DNA of 64,000 nucleotides from a virus, in IMG/VR virus record IMGVR_UViG_3300046817_000498. One strand, written 5' to 3'. Below, in pieces: positions 43,416 to 52,235 of this stretch; the stretch's first letter is position 1, and each line of letters starts with the position of its first letter. A model generated the notes under the pieces. It was not told the origin of the DNA. It searched no databases and worked only from the letters and a program-made list of their open reading frames with translations. Position numbers and translations under genes: made by a program.

Positions 43416-43859
43416 ATGACTCGGACGCGTCGAAGAATATTCACCACTGGTGAAAATCTTCTGTGCGTCTGCGCGCTCGCCTTCGCTCACACGAGCGCAT
43501 TCGCTGCAGACCCCTGGAGCACTGGAGACACCGTGCGAGAGGTGATCAACGCATCGCTGCTCGTGACCGATTGGGCGCAGACCCGTTATGCCGTGCAGCA
43601 TCCGTGCGGTCAATACGAATTCTGCACCGACCCCAATCATGAACATGGCTATGCCAGATATTTCATCAGCGAACATCCCACCCTCGGACAAGTGGACGCC
43701 TATTTCGCAGCGAGCATCGTTCTGCACGCCGCAATTTCATATGTCCTTCCACGCGGTTGGCGCGATGGCTGGCAATACGGCACGGCCGTCCTCGAGCTGA
43801 GGACTGTAATCAGGAATCACCATGCTGGGATCGACATCGGGTTGAGCTTCCCGATTTGA
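43416..43859 (+). CDS. secreted hypothetical protein
   Basis: 147 aa from ATG 43416 with a GGAGAGGAGG RBS. Signal peptide LLCVCALAFAHTSAFA. Lower GC by eye. Confidence 0.55.
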   Translation: MTRTRRRIFTTGENLLCVCALAFAHTSAFAADPWSTGDTVREVINASLLVTDWAQTRYAVQHPCGQYEFCTDPNHEHGYARYFISEHPTLGQVDAYFAASIVLHAAISYVLPRGWRDGWQYGTAVLELRTVIRNHHAGIDIGLSFPI

Positions 43860-43864
43860 CATTT

Positions 43865-44164
43865 TTACTGTTTCGGCAAATAAATCCCGAAGAGCTTCAC
43901 TATGCTTTCGGTGACCTGGCCAGTCTCGAGCAGCTTCTTCGCCCGCACCTTCACGTTGAAGAGCTCCCAGGTCGCCGGGTGCATGCGCCGATTGTCCTGG
44001 CCGTCCGATTCCCAGTTCTGCCAGCTCTTGAGCGCCGAGTGCACGAGCTCGCCCGCTTGCGTTTGCGTGAGGCCGGCAGCCTCGCGCGCGCGCTGGATCT
44101 CGGCCGGTTTCGGATTCGCGCTGAAGCCGCGATTGGTCTGGCTTCGGTTGGGATGGTTGCTCAT
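43865..44164 (-). CDS. XRE-type HTH protein
   Basis: 99 aa from ATG 44164. IQRAREAAGLTQTQAGELV is a helix-turn-helix. Confidence 0.55.
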   Translation of the reverse strand: MSNHPNRSQTNRGFSANPKPAEIQRAREAAGLTQTQAGELVHSALKSWQNWESDGQDNRRMHPATWELFNVKVRAKKLLETGQVTESIVKLFGIYLPKQ

Positions 44165-44241
44165 GGTCCGCCCTCTTCTGGTTGCGATCGTTTGACGATC
44201 TGGCGCACGTGCGCTCGGTCGATAGAGAATAACATTCGTCC

Positions 44242-44526
44242 TCATGATGTTTCCCGCCAAGGCGCAAGCGCGCGCTCGAGCTCATCCAGATCGACATCCA
44301 GCTCGCCGGCGGCCGATCGAGGCGCCCTCGCCTTCTGCGGCCACACGGATTCGAAGATCACGGTAAGCGGGATCCGCTTCCGCTGCTGTGTGTCCTTCAG
44401 GTGCACCTCGAGCGAATCTGGTAGGCCGCGCTCAGGCTCCGCCGGCAGCAGCGTGACATTGCCCAAGCGGCCGTTGATGACGATCGAGGTTTCGCGTCGG
44501 ACGGGTGAATCGAGTTTCGTGGTCAT
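44242..44526 (-). CDS. hypothetical protein
   Basis: 94 aa from ATG 44526, with GGAGG 7 nt upstream. Confidence 0.45.
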   Translation of the reverse strand: MTTKLDSPVRRETSIVINGRLGNVTLLPAEPERGLPDSLEVHLKDTQQRKRIPLTVIFESVWPQKARAPRSAAGELDVDLDELERALAPWRETS

Positions 44527-44604
44527 GAAGTCCTCCAACTGCCCCAGAACCCCGAGGCGCGGGAGAGTCCCGGAAAACCCGGGACTCCGTTGAGGTTTCG
44601 GATT

Positions 44605-45279
44605 TCAATGCGTCCCGGCCGCGGCGATCTCGGCCTTCGAGAATTCGCGCGCGAACGGTGTATTGCAGTCGTTGCAGGTCGCACGGAACTCATCGCGCGA
44701 AACGCGGGCGATCACACCGCAGCCGCAGACGAACTTGCGAAGGCGCGAGCCCGAGCCGACGCCGCGTGATTTGCCGCCCTTCGCGCCGACTCCTGCGCCG
44801 CAGCCGCGCAGCTTGATCTGGAGCGGCGTGCCGTTCGGATTGATGCCACCGAACGGAGTCGGGCACCCGTCGGTCGGCTGCGGAAGCGCGGCGATCGCTT
44901 CGCGGATGTCGGAGGAGAAGCACGCGAGGGAATATTTGGTGCCAGCCGCGCGCACGAACTGCAGGCCAAGGCGCTCGCACGCTTCCTGCCAGCCCTTGCC
45001 GTGGCCCTTACCCATTCCGGCGAGCACATGACCGAGTTCGTGCAGCGTTGTGCCTGCGACTTGAACCGGAGAGTCCTCGCCGAAAGCGCAAATCTCGGCG
45101 AAGGCATGCTCGTGACCGTTTTTCCAGCAGCCGAAATAGGTGACGCCGCGCGTGGCCTTGGATCCGGCGCCGTAGACCAGCTTCGCATCGAGGGCGGCGG
45201 CGCGCTCCTCTGCGGTTAAACGCTGAACGGCGATCTGACGGACGGCTTGGATGAACTGCTCGTGGGTGAAGGATTGCAT
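44605..45279 (-). CDS. SprT-like zinc metalloprotease with C-terminal zinc ribbon
   Basis: 224 aa. HELGH motif, C-terminal CGCG ... CNDC, AAGGAG RBS. Confidence 0.65.
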   Translation of the reverse strand: MQSFTHEQFIQAVRQIAVQRLTAEERAAALDAKLVYGAGSKATRGVTYFGCWKNGHEHAFAEICAFGEDSPVQVAGTTLHELGHVLAGMGKGHGKGWQEACERLGLQFVRAAGTKYSLACFSSDIREAIAALPQPTDGCPTPFGGINPNGTPLQIKLRGCGAGVGAKGGKSRGVGSGSRLRKFVCGCGVIARVSRDEFRATCNDCNTPFAREFSKAEIAAAGTH

Positions 45280-45334
45280 CTTCTACTCCTTGGCCCCTGA
45301 TTCCCGAGGCGCGGTATTGCGGGGCGCTGCTTTG

Positions 45335-45403
45335 TGGAGGCGGCGGGAGTCGAACCCGCTTGGTCTGGATCTAGAGCCCTACCTGGTTACCGAACCCACC
45401 CCC
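45335..45403 (-). other. tRNA/tmRNA-like 3' element (T arm plus acceptor strand), probably a displaced att fragment
   Basis: Minus strand reads GCGGG-TTCGACT-CCCGC CGCCTCC A, then CAA rather than CCA. GGGGGTG 37 nt upstream can pair with the acceptor strand, giving G-U at pair 3, but no D or anticodon arms fold. Confidence 0.45.
45370..45391. repeat. imperfect direct repeat, copy 1 (tctagagccctacctggttacc)
   Basis: Matches 45580-45599 (tctagagccgacctggtacc) with one substitution and a few indels. Lies inside the tRNA-like element. Confidence 0.6.
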
Positions 45404-45408
45404 TACAA

Positions 45409-45438
45409 TTCACACGATACGCTCAATGGGCGTATATG
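45409..45438 (+). promoter_or_regulatory. weaker back-to-back promoter reading rightward
   Basis: TTCACA (45409-45414), 18 nt, TATATG (45433-45438). Would give a transcript of about 190 nt ending at the 45607-45635 terminator. Confidence 0.25.
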
Positions 45439-45442
45439 TCAA
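45414..45442 (-). promoter_or_regulatory. putative sigma70 promoter reading toward the tRNA-like element and the SprT operon
   Basis: Minus strand: TTGACA (45442-45437), 17 nt, TATCGT (45419-45414). Confidence 0.45.
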
Positions 45443-45579
45443 GGGGTAGATCAAACTATTTTCGAGAGGAGTGCTGCGAGGGGTGGCCGCCGGGGGGGCG
45501 GGCTGGCGGTGGGCCAGGCTTGGAGGGGGACGGTAAAGCGCCCTTGACCGCGGGTAATACACGGGGGATACTTCGGCCT

Positions 45580-45599
45580 TCTAGAGCCGACCTGGTACC
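45580..45599. repeat. imperfect direct repeat, copy 2
   Basis: See 45370-45391. Sits next to the terminator hairpin at the end of region B. Confidence 0.6.
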
Positions 45600-45606
45600 A
45601 CTGAAG

Positions 45607-45635
45607 AGCCCCGCCGCGAGCGGGGCTTTTCTTTT
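45607..45635 (+). terminator. intrinsic terminator hairpin
   Basis: AGCCCCGC-cgcga-GCGGGGCT is followed by TTTTCTTTT on the plus strand. On the minus strand the hairpin follows the stop of 45640..45891 but lacks a U tract. Confidence 0.6.
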
Positions 45636-45639
45636 GGGG

Positions 45640-45891
45640 CTATCCGACCGGTGCCGCGCCGGGCGCCGCGACCTTGGCAGCGATGGCCACATGCAGAGCC
45701 GCGAGGTCCGCGTTGTCGGTCTGGAACAAGCCGGCGATCTCCTCCGGCGTCGGATCCCTGTTCTGAGCTTGGGCGTTCTGCACGACCGCGCTCGCCTGCT
45801 GGAGCGATACCGCGAGCTCGGCAACGGCCGCCGCGATCGCCGCTGCCCTGGCGATCAGAAGTGCTGTACCTGTAAGGGCTACTGCTGACAT
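45640..45891 (-). CDS. small membrane-anchored protein
   Basis: 83 aa with an N-terminal hydrophobic helix followed by Ala/Gln-rich sequence. Last gene of region B. Confidence 0.4.
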   Translation of the reverse strand: MSAVALTGTALLIARAAAIAAAVAELAVSLQQASAVVQNAQAQNRDPTPEEIAGLFQTDNADLAALHVAIAAKVAAPGAAPVG

Positions 45892-45918
45892 TTCGGTTCT
45901 CCTCGGATTCGAAAAAAG

Positions 45919-46692
45919 TTACTTCCCGACGGTCTGGTAGTAGACCGCCAGTTGGTTGAGGACCACGCTCACCAGTTGCAACTGCTGAAGTGGCGTCGTG
46001 GCCTTGTTGCAGGAGATCGTCTGCACCGCGAGCGCCGCGACCTGGATAGTCGAACCGGGACTCGCCGGCGCCTGAACGACCCCCTGAACCGTAGCCGTCG
46101 GGCAGCCGGAGAGTGCCAGGTTCGAAGCATTCAGCCCGACCTGGGTCTTGTCGAGGTATCCGGCGACCTCGTCCGCCTGGGCAGCAGTGATGCTGCCGCT
46201 GGCGAGCGCATTTGCCGTGCTCTTCACCAGGCCATCGTGAAGCGAAACGGCATAGACCACCTGGTCCGCGGTGCTCGTCGCAGGAGCGAGTCCAAGGGAG
46301 GAGCATCCGAGGAACATCGACATGACCGCGAGCAGCAGGAGCACAAACGAGAGCCGCGCGAACCCTGCCTGCTTCGGAGCCGCGACGGCCTCAGGTCCAG
46401 CAGGCGCAGCTGGCTTGCTTTTGCCGATGGTGATATTGCCAAGTCTGCCCGCGAGATTCGCGAGGCCGTTATTCAGCGCGACGACAGCGCCGACGAGCGA
46501 TCCCAGGATCGCGACAACCCACGGCGTAGCGGTCCCGATCGCGACCGTGACGAAGCCGCCCAGGGCCTGCTCGAGCGAGGGCGATGAGAGGTCGATTCCC
46601 TTGGTTTTGAGGTAGGCCACGACCGCGGGCGCGAGCGTCGATCCGACGCCCGTCACGAAGGCCGTGGTCAGCGTGCTAGGTTGGTCCTGCAT
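45919..46692 (-). CDS. multi-pass membrane protein
   Basis: 257 aa with several hydrophobic segments, including FVLLLLAVMSMFLGC. Confidence 0.45.
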   Translation of the reverse strand: MQDQPSTLTTAFVTGVGSTLAPAVVAYLKTKGIDLSSPSLEQALGGFVTVAIGTATPWVVAILGSLVGAVVALNNGLANLAGRLGNITIGKSKPAAPAGPEAVAAPKQAGFARLSFVLLLLAVMSMFLGCSSLGLAPATSTADQVVYAVSLHDGLVKSTANALASGSITAAQADEVAGYLDKTQVGLNASNLALSGCPTATVQGVVQAPASPGSTIQVAALAVQTISCNKATTPLQQLQLVSVVLNQLAVYYQTVGK

Positions 46693-46707
46693 CTGCGTTC
46701 TCCTTGA

Positions 46708-47130
46708 TTATTGCGGTTTGAAAAATCTGGTGCGGATCCAGTCCAGGCCACGAGAGCCAGAGAATCCTGCGATGCCGACCAGGACGAATAGAGTCATTTC
46801 AGGAGGCGCCGAGTCGAGGCCGATCCATTTGGGCGAGCTCTTCGCGAGGAAGTAGGCCATGACGCCGGCGAGCTCGGCCGCGAAGAAGCTCTGCACAATC
46901 TCAAGGCGCGTCTTCAGCAGATTGCCGCCGTTCAGTGTGATGTCGACCCAGCCGGCGAGCTTGGGAAGATCCGACGCGACCCACCCGAGCAGAGCGAAGC
47001 CGGCGAGCCAGATGTAAGTCGCGAAGTGCACCTTCTCAGGATCGAGATCCGATACTTGCGCCTGCGCTATCTGCGCAAGGAACACGGTCATCAGCGTCGC
47101 TCCGAATAGCCTTACCCCTCTCCCGTCCAT
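46708..47130 (-). CDS. holin-like membrane protein
   Basis: 140 aa with 3-4 TM segments. Confidence 0.4.
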   Translation of the reverse strand: MDGRGVRLFGATLMTVFLAQIAQAQVSDLDPEKVHFATYIWLAGFALLGWVASDLPKLAGWVDITLNGGNLLKTRLEIVQSFFAAELAGVMAYFLAKSSPKWIGLDSAPPEMTLFVLVGIAGFSGSRGLDWIRTRFFKPQ

Positions 47131-47146
47131 TGCGGCCTCCGTCTGT

Positions 47147-47623
47147 TCAACGCTTGAAGATCATCGTGCTGGTTGGAATGCTCTCATCGACGGCGAGCCG
47201 CACGCGAAAGTTTTCCCAGAAGATCCATCCCTGCATCGCGAAGGTCGATGGCGCGATGATGATCAGGACGAAGACCGTCTCCCAGACGTGCGTGTCGATC
47301 ATCATCTTCACGATCCAGAGCCATACGAGCGCGGACAATCCAGAGACGAACAGGCGCGCTTTCGCCGAATGCAGCAGCTGCGAGAGCGTCCAGCGACGAC
47401 CGTAAAACCATTCCACGAACGCCGCGATGCATTGGGATGAACCGACGACGCCCAGCATCACGAGCCACCAGATCACGCTGTCGTGGTTCTCGAGCAGAAC
47501 CTCGCGCAGCAGGCCTCGGCCGAGGCCTCCCGACAGGGCCCACGCGATCGCCATCAGTCCCAAGTAGAACTCAAGCGGCAACAGGAATCGGCTCGCAACC
47601 TTTTTGACAGGTCCAGACATCAT
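47147..47623 (-). CDS. membrane protein
   Basis: 158 aa from ATG 47623, directly after the upstream stop. Four hydrophobic, Trp-rich segments. Confidence 0.45.
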   Translation of the reverse strand: MMSGPVKKVASRFLLPLEFYLGLMAIAWALSGGLGRGLLREVLLENHDSVIWWLVMLGVVGSSQCIAAFVEWFYGRRWTLSQLLHSAKARLFVSGLSALVWLWIVKMMIDTHVWETVFVLIIIAPSTFAMQGWIFWENFRVRLAVDESIPTSTMIFKR

Positions 47624-47624
47624 T

Positions 47625-48095
47625 TCAACCTCCGGATGGGAACTGCTCTTCGATAAGCAGCTGAAACTGAGCGACGTCCCGTTGCGCCGCCATGAATTCC
47701 GCGAAAGTAGCGCGGCTCTCGGTGACCATCTCGTCCGGGCCGTCGACGCCATCGCGGTCTTCGCCCGTCAGGATGATTTTCTTACCTACGCAAAAACAGC
47801 CCTTGGAGCTGTCGCCCCAGTTGCCCCAGTGAAAGAGGATCCCGCTGTGCCCCGCGACGCCGAGCACCGCAAATGTTTCGAAATCTTCGGTCATGCCGTC
47901 GAGCCGATGCGGCCCGCGCGCGCATTCGTAAGCGCCAGCGCGAACCTTTGGGCGCCAGGTGCCATCGGGCTGCTTGTAGGCGTGCGTGACGAACACGCAA
48001 AGAGGGCGCGCCTCGCCGTCAGCCGTATCGTCCAATAGGATCCATCCGAAGATCCCGTCCGAACGGGCCTCGGTATATTTGAGCCTGAGATTCAA
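47625..48095 (-). CDS. DUF5675-like protein, candidate cell-wall hydrolase
   Basis: 156 aa. SDGIFGWILLDD ... GAYECARGPH ... GILFHWGNWGDSSKGCFCVG follows the DUF5675 pattern. Confidence 0.5.
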   Translation of the reverse strand: MNLRLKYTEARSDGIFGWILLDDTADGEARPLCVFVTHAYKQPDGTWRPKVRAGAYECARGPHRLDGMTEDFETFAVLGVAGHSGILFHWGNWGDSSKGCFCVGKKIILTGEDRDGVDGPDEMVTESRATFAEFMAAQRDVAQFQLLIEEQFPSGG

Positions 48096-51000
48096 AGGCT
48101 GCCGCTTGCGACTATGTAGGTGCTCGTGCCGCCCGAGTTTCCGCCGACGCCTATGGCTCTCCGGCCGGACCAGGCTAGCCCGAAAACGTACTTATTGCTG
48201 CCGCCGGGATTCGCCGCTCTTCTCCAGTTCGAACCGTCATCGGAGAGCTTCATGCTCGTGACCACCGAGCCAAGACCGTCCACGCCTCCGGCGACCAAGA
48301 CCGCGCCCGTAGAAACCAGCGACCTAAAGTCGTCTCCACTGGCGAAACTGTTTGAGACATTGCTCCAATTGTCACCGTCAAAACTCGAAAGGATTAGAGG
48401 TGGTGTAGTCGATACATGATCGCCGACGGCGATCCAGCGCAGAGTCGCTTTGTGCCAGGCCACGCTATATAGGCTAGCTGCAGATGCAGGAACGCTCGCG
48501 GCCTGCGCCCATGTTATGCCGTCGTCGCTGAAAGCTATGGACGGCGTGCCGGCGTTCGAATCTCCGACCGCCACATAGCGCTTGCCATTCCAGGCAACGG
48601 CGCGCAGCCTAACTGTGCTGCTATTGGTTCGCACCGTCCAGGTAACACCATCTGGACTCGTTAGCGTGTAGGCGCTGCCGCTTGATGCATTGCCTACTGC
48701 GACGAACTTGTCGCCGAAGCAGACACCGTTCAGTCCGGCCGTGGTCGTACCTCTCGCCGTCCAGGTGACAGCGTCAGCGCTCGAATACGCATTCTGGACG
48801 CCGGCGGATCCGCCGACCGCGACGATGATCGATCCGGAGGCCGCCAAGCCTTGGATCGCGGATGTCATGCCGTTCGACTGGTTCGTAAGCACCAGGTCGT
48901 TTGCGAACGTATAGAGTAACGGGTTGCTGGTCACGATGTCGCCGGCCGCCACGAACTTCTGAAGGAATCCGACCCATGCGACGGCATGCAGGATCTTCGC
49001 GGTAGCCTGGTCCAGCACGGCTATCCAGCTGCTCAAGACCGAACTCTCGAGATCTCCGCCAAGGACAGTCGGATTGTCCTGAACTGCGGCGGGGTTACCG
49101 GGCACATACTGAACGCGCGAGCCGCCGCGCGCGCCGGACATATCCGGGAGCGGGAACGCAATTCCGTCTCCGGTGCCGACGTAGTAAGAGTAAAGATTGA
49201 GCGCGCCTTGAAAGTCAAACTCTGTACTCGGCGACGGAAGCGTGGCAGCGACAATGGGCGTCGATCCATTCCTCGCAACGAATCCTGTTGTCAGGCCAGT
49301 CGCGATGGTGCTGGCCCCGTCGAGGATGATCAGTAAGCCGCCCGGAGCTCCGCCGGCGCCGCTGCCGCCGTACATAAAATAGTTCCCGACGTCCAGGGAG
49401 TCGCCTGGGAATCCGTCTGCGCCGCTCGTGTCTATCTGCCCGGCGACGCCGAAAGAGATTCCCTTGCATGTGATGAGGATGCCGCCGCCGCCGGCGCCCC
49501 CAACGCCTCCGCGCACGCCGGCGCCCCCGATCTTTCGCGGATCGCCGAGCAGCGGATTGCCGCTATTCGCCCATACGCCGGTCGATCCGGAAGAGCCACG
49601 AAGATCATTCGGGACTCCGGAAAGATTGGCGCCGTCCCACGAGAGGACGAAGACGGGCATCGTCGGATTGTTCCCCTGAACAACGTCGCCGCGAATCGAG
49701 TTGGCGATCACGCCGTCGATGTAAGCGCCGCCTCCGGCCTCAGTTGATCCGATGAAGCCCTGCGTGCCAAGGTTGGTGGTGTAGCTGGATGGATCTCGTG
49801 ACAAGGGCGCAACCTTCGAGGCACCAAGAATCCCGGCACCCTTACCAGTCATCCTGCCGTTCACGGTGAGAAATCCGTTCACGCGCAGCCAGATATTTTG
49901 CGTCCAGTTGATGAGCACGGACGCGTCTATCTGCAAATCGCCGTTGTAGTAGTAGACGGCAGAGGTCGAAAGCAGCGACGTCGAACCCTGAAGAGTGCCG
50001 CCGGCGGTGACATGCCCTGGGCTCGACCCCGCGATCGTGATCACGCTGGCGAGCGATGTTCCGGTTCCTGTATACCAACCAGACGTAAGAACGGACGCAT
50101 CCGCCGTCGCGGCAACCGCGTCCGGCGCGCGCGAGGTTGCCATGAGCTTGAAGGAGAGCTTCCCGGTCTCCCATTCGATGCTGACATTCTGGATCTCGAA
50201 AGAGCGATCGAGCGAGACGATTTGTCCGGACGAAGACGCGATGTAGTCGCGGATGTTCGCCAGTTTCACGCGAGCTATCTCGCCTACCTCGAGCCCGTTT
50301 TGCGTCGCGTACGTCGAGATGTCTAGCCTGAGCGGCGGCGAGCTGTACCGATCACGGAAGGCGTCGAATCTGCCTTGCAGCATCGCGGCCGTGTGCCTGC
50401 TGCCATAGAGGCCGCGGAACGCGAGCGTCAGAACATCGGCCGTCTGGTAAATCTCCGTCGACCCCTCATCGATCAGGAAATTCTGACGCGTGAAATCGTC
50501 CTGGACGAGCTCGTAATTCCAGTCGATCTCGAGGACATTGTGCAGGGAAACGAAATCGTGCAGCAGGTCTCCATAGCTCACGACGTTCGTCTCGTCGAAC
50601 TGCGCTGAATAGGCCGCCCCAGTCAGGATGTTCGACATGCGCTTCAGGCCTAGCGAGCCATCGGCATAGACCGGCATGAAGACACCAAGCAAGAGCGCGA
50701 GCTCTGTCTCGAGGAACTTCTTCCCGTCGGTCTTCTTCATCGCCTGGAAGAAGACGTTGAATCCAAGATCGTCGTCGATCGCGCTGTAGAGATCGTCCTT
50801 GTTCAGATAGTCTGAGAGCCGGACGAGGCTTGGATCGACGCCAAGATTCCACGAGGTCGGAAGCATGGATCCTGCGCGCGCGGCTGAGGTCGTGACTGCA
50901 TAGGGCAGCGCGAGCGGGCCTACATTGAGCTGCTCGGCCCAGAGCAGCACGCCCGAGGTTCCGTCGCCTGCATAGTTCGAAGGGCCGCCGTTCGACTGCG

Positions 51001-52231
51001 CCATGTAGGTGATGCCGACCACCAGATTGACCGAGGTCGAAACGCCGGTGACGCTGCAACGATAGAAGCCGCCCGGGACTGGCGTGATCGTCGCGGCGCC
51101 GAGTGCGTTCCCGATGATGCCGGCTGAAATATCGAAATAGACCGAAGACCACGCAGTTGTTCCGTCCTGCACCTGCAGGATGATCCAGTTACGGCCGGCG
51201 GCCTTGGCGCAGACCGAATAGGTATATTGGACAGGGGCCGTAGCCTTCGAGAGATTCTGAGCGATCGAATGCGAGGTGCTCGTGTTGTCCTCGACGAGCT
51301 TGTCCGCGGTGACCGTTCCGTCCGGAGCGGCTCCGGCATTCGCGCTGACTGACGAGGCGGTCTTCGTCCAGGCCGCATTGTCCAGAGTCTGCGATTGCGG
51401 GAAGAGGTTCTCCGTCCCGAGGATATTCCCCGTGAGGACCGCATACATCAATTTGAGCGCCGGCAGCTCGAGATAGACGAATTCGTCTACCTTCGGCTGC
51501 TGATCAGCGGTCGACGTGGGATCAACCGGGTGGTCCGCGGCGAGCGTATTCAAAACGCCTCGAGCGCAACCAGTGAACGAAGTCGGCGTCGTCGCGGTAG
51601 CGCGGATGACCTCGTCATTCAACTTGAAATAGAGAACGGTCGCGTTCGGCGCATCGCTATACGTCGAGCCGTGCTCGAGGAGCTCGAAGTCGGTTGTCGA
51701 AACCACATTGATCGTGGTGTCTGCCGCCAGAACGCTCGCGGTGATCGTGGTGCTCGCGACGTCGAAGATGTTGTTCCGCAGCTGCCGCTGCACGTCCAGG
51801 CATCGAATCGAATACGCGCCGTCCTTGTAGGAGGCGTCCTGAACCATCTGAGTCTGGACAAGGGAATAATCCGACCAGGCCAGCCCGGCGTACCCGACAT
51901 AAAGCCTCACGCGCTGTGACCTGGTCGAACGCCCGAGGGCGAGCTGTCCGCCCAGCGCGAGAGTCACGGATCCAGAGCGATCGACAAGAGAGAAGTTGAA
52001 ATTCCCGATCGACGCGTTGGCCGTGTCTGGATTGAGCGTCTGGCTGGTGCCGGAAAGCGCCTGTACGACGTTCGATATGGCGACTGCGCCCGCCGGCAAA
52101 GCCGCATCGGTGTGCGAGGTGAAATATCGGAGCACTGTTGCCCCGAGATCGAACGCCATCTCGATCACGTAGCGCGGCTCCTTCGAGAGAGCGCGATTCG
52201 CGGCCGCGAAGACTGCGGTGTCTGTCCTCAC
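48092..52231 (-). CDS. large tail / host-specificity protein with C-terminal Asp-box (BNR-like) repeats
   Basis: 1379 aa. The N-terminus is like phage central tail proteins. The C-terminus carries spaced S-x-D-x-x-x-W motifs (SADAVTWT, SPDGVTWT, SDDGITWA, SFDGDNWS, SDDGSNWR). Confidence 0.6.
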   Translation of the reverse strand: MRTDTAVFAAANRALSKEPRYVIEMAFDLGATVLRYFTSHTDAALPAGAVAISNVVQALSGTSQTLNPDTANASIGNFNFSLVDRSGSVTLALGGQLALGRSTRSQRVRLYVGYAGLAWSDYSLVQTQMVQDASYKDGAYSIRCLDVQRQLRNNIFDVASTTITASVLAADTTINVVSTTDFELLEHGSTYSDAPNATVLYFKLNDEVIRATATTPTSFTGCARGVLNTLAADHPVDPTSTADQQPKVDEFVYLELPALKLMYAVLTGNILGTENLFPQSQTLDNAAWTKTASSVSANAGAAPDGTVTADKLVEDNTSTSHSIAQNLSKATAPVQYTYSVCAKAAGRNWIILQVQDGTTAWSSVYFDISAGIIGNALGAATITPVPGGFYRCSVTGVSTSVNLVVGITYMAQSNGGPSNYAGDGTSGVLLWAEQLNVGPLALPYAVTTSAARAGSMLPTSWNLGVDPSLVRLSDYLNKDDLYSAIDDDLGFNVFFQAMKKTDGKKFLETELALLLGVFMPVYADGSLGLKRMSNILTGAAYSAQFDETNVVSYGDLLHDFVSLHNVLEIDWNYELVQDDFTRQNFLIDEGSTEIYQTADVLTLAFRGLYGSRHTAAMLQGRFDAFRDRYSSPPLRLDISTYATQNGLEVGEIARVKLANIRDYIASSSGQIVSLDRSFEIQNVSIEWETGKLSFKLMATSRAPDAVAATADASVLTSGWYTGTGTSLASVITIAGSSPGHVTAGGTLQGSTSLLSTSAVYYYNGDLQIDASVLINWTQNIWLRVNGFLTVNGRMTGKGAGILGASKVAPLSRDPSSYTTNLGTQGFIGSTEAGGGAYIDGVIANSIRGDVVQGNNPTMPVFVLSWDGANLSGVPNDLRGSSGSTGVWANSGNPLLGDPRKIGGAGVRGGVGGAGGGGILITCKGISFGVAGQIDTSGADGFPGDSLDVGNYFMYGGSGAGGAPGGLLIILDGASTIATGLTTGFVARNGSTPIVAATLPSPSTEFDFQGALNLYSYYVGTGDGIAFPLPDMSGARGGSRVQYVPGNPAAVQDNPTVLGGDLESSVLSSWIAVLDQATAKILHAVAWVGFLQKFVAAGDIVTSNPLLYTFANDLVLTNQSNGMTSAIQGLAASGSIIVAVGGSAGVQNAYSSADAVTWTARGTTTAGLNGVCFGDKFVAVGNASSGSAYTLTSPDGVTWTVRTNSSTVRLRAVAWNGKRYVAVGDSNAGTPSIAFSDDGITWAQAASVPASAASLYSVAWHKATLRWIAVGDHVSTTPPLILSSFDGDNWSNVSNSFASGDDFRSLVSTGAVLVAGGVDGLGSVVTSMKLSDDGSNWRRAANPGGSNKYVFGLAWSGRRAIGVGGNSGGTSTYIVASGSL

Positions 52232-52235
52232 GGAA

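Noticed and set aside
45335-45403. Reading the tRNA-like element as a complete amber-suppressor tRNA (CTCTAGA loop with CUA).
   Set aside because: Only 37 nt separate the acceptor 5' strand from the T stem. The putative anticodon stem has one mismatch and two wobble pairs out of five. No D arm with standard geometry folds, and CCA is replaced by CAA. A displaced 3' fragment is the simpler reading.
45335-45720. A full-length one-piece or permuted two-piece tmRNA gene, or an SRP RNA (ACCAGGTC..GAAGG resemblance).
   Set aside because: No GGnUUCGAC-type 5' domain, tag reading frame or downstream 5' acceptor strand was found. A protein-coding gene ends at 45640. The SRP-like match lacks the conserved GGAA-loop helix.
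45919-46692. An internal lipoprotein (FLGC lipobox at residue about 130) as a separate o-spanin-like gene.
   Set aside because: No ATG, GTG or TTG start with a positively charged n-region precedes the hydrophobic stretch in frame. It is more simply a transmembrane segment of one 257-aa protein.
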